This document shows positions 63,925 through 64,000 of a DNA stretch of 64,000 nucleotides, one piece after another. Where the stretch lies: the NCBI GenBank assembly GCA_963706445.1, contig OY970160.1, forward strand, positions 1,408,001 to 1,472,000, given 5' to 3'. Position numbers and translations under genes: made by a program. Positions within the stretch are counted from its first letter, which is position 1. Each line of letters starts with the position of its first letter. A model generated the notes under the pieces. It was not told where the DNA came from. It made no database searches and saw only the letters and a program-made list of their open reading frames with translations. Origin of the DNA: an uncultured Nitrososphaerales archaeon. Its GTDB lineage: Archaea; Thermoproteota; Nitrososphaeria; Nitrososphaerales; Gagatemarchaeaceae.

Positions 63925-64000
63925 AGTGCGTACCTAGACGCCGCCGCCCGTTTTTGTGCCTGACTATTCCAAGTAGAATGCGGGCTTCGTAGGTAACGCA

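Noticed and set aside
57854-64000. Integrated element at tRNA-Arg
   Set aside because: No integrase and no duplicated tRNA 3' end were seen in the window; an element extending beyond the edge cannot be excluded.

Overview
Archaeal chromosomal segment of roughly 60% GC by eye. It most likely comes from a non-ammonia-oxidising, basal Nitrososphaerota/TACK lineage; this is inferred from the thaumarchaeal-type divergent FtsZ, the single-OB SSB, the PEF-CTERM cupredoxin and two tRNAs with BHB-type introns at non-canonical positions. 1-23 kb is housekeeping: SAM/purine salvage (two MTAP-family paralogs, apt, ahcY, metG), an ftsZ-like gene, gcvPA/PB, a ribophorin-I-like membrane protein, trxB, amrS, N-glycan precursor genes and 3 tRNAs. 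23.5-50.4 kb is a large nucleobase-catabolism cluster: carbamate kinase, four deaminase-type amidohydrolases including an SsnA-like one, dihydropyrimidinase, an LLM/F420-type reductase, two YgeW-like transcarbamylases, two three-subunit Xdh-family molybdoenzymes, two fold-type-II PLP enzymes and adenine deaminase. It looks like an archaeal, rewired version of the bacterial reductive urate (ygeWXY-hyuA-ssnA-xdhD) pathway. It contains a low-GC insert and a 3.7 kb heavily frameshifted stretch. 50-64 kb holds mixed housekeeping and accessory genes, including an intron-containing tRNA-Arg, a receptor-like kelch-repeat membrane protein with a toxin-like cytoplasmic domain, several unannotated micro-ORFs and two genes that appear to start at ACG. 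No rRNA, CRISPR array or transposase was seen. All assignments come from motif recognition by eye; no database searches were run.
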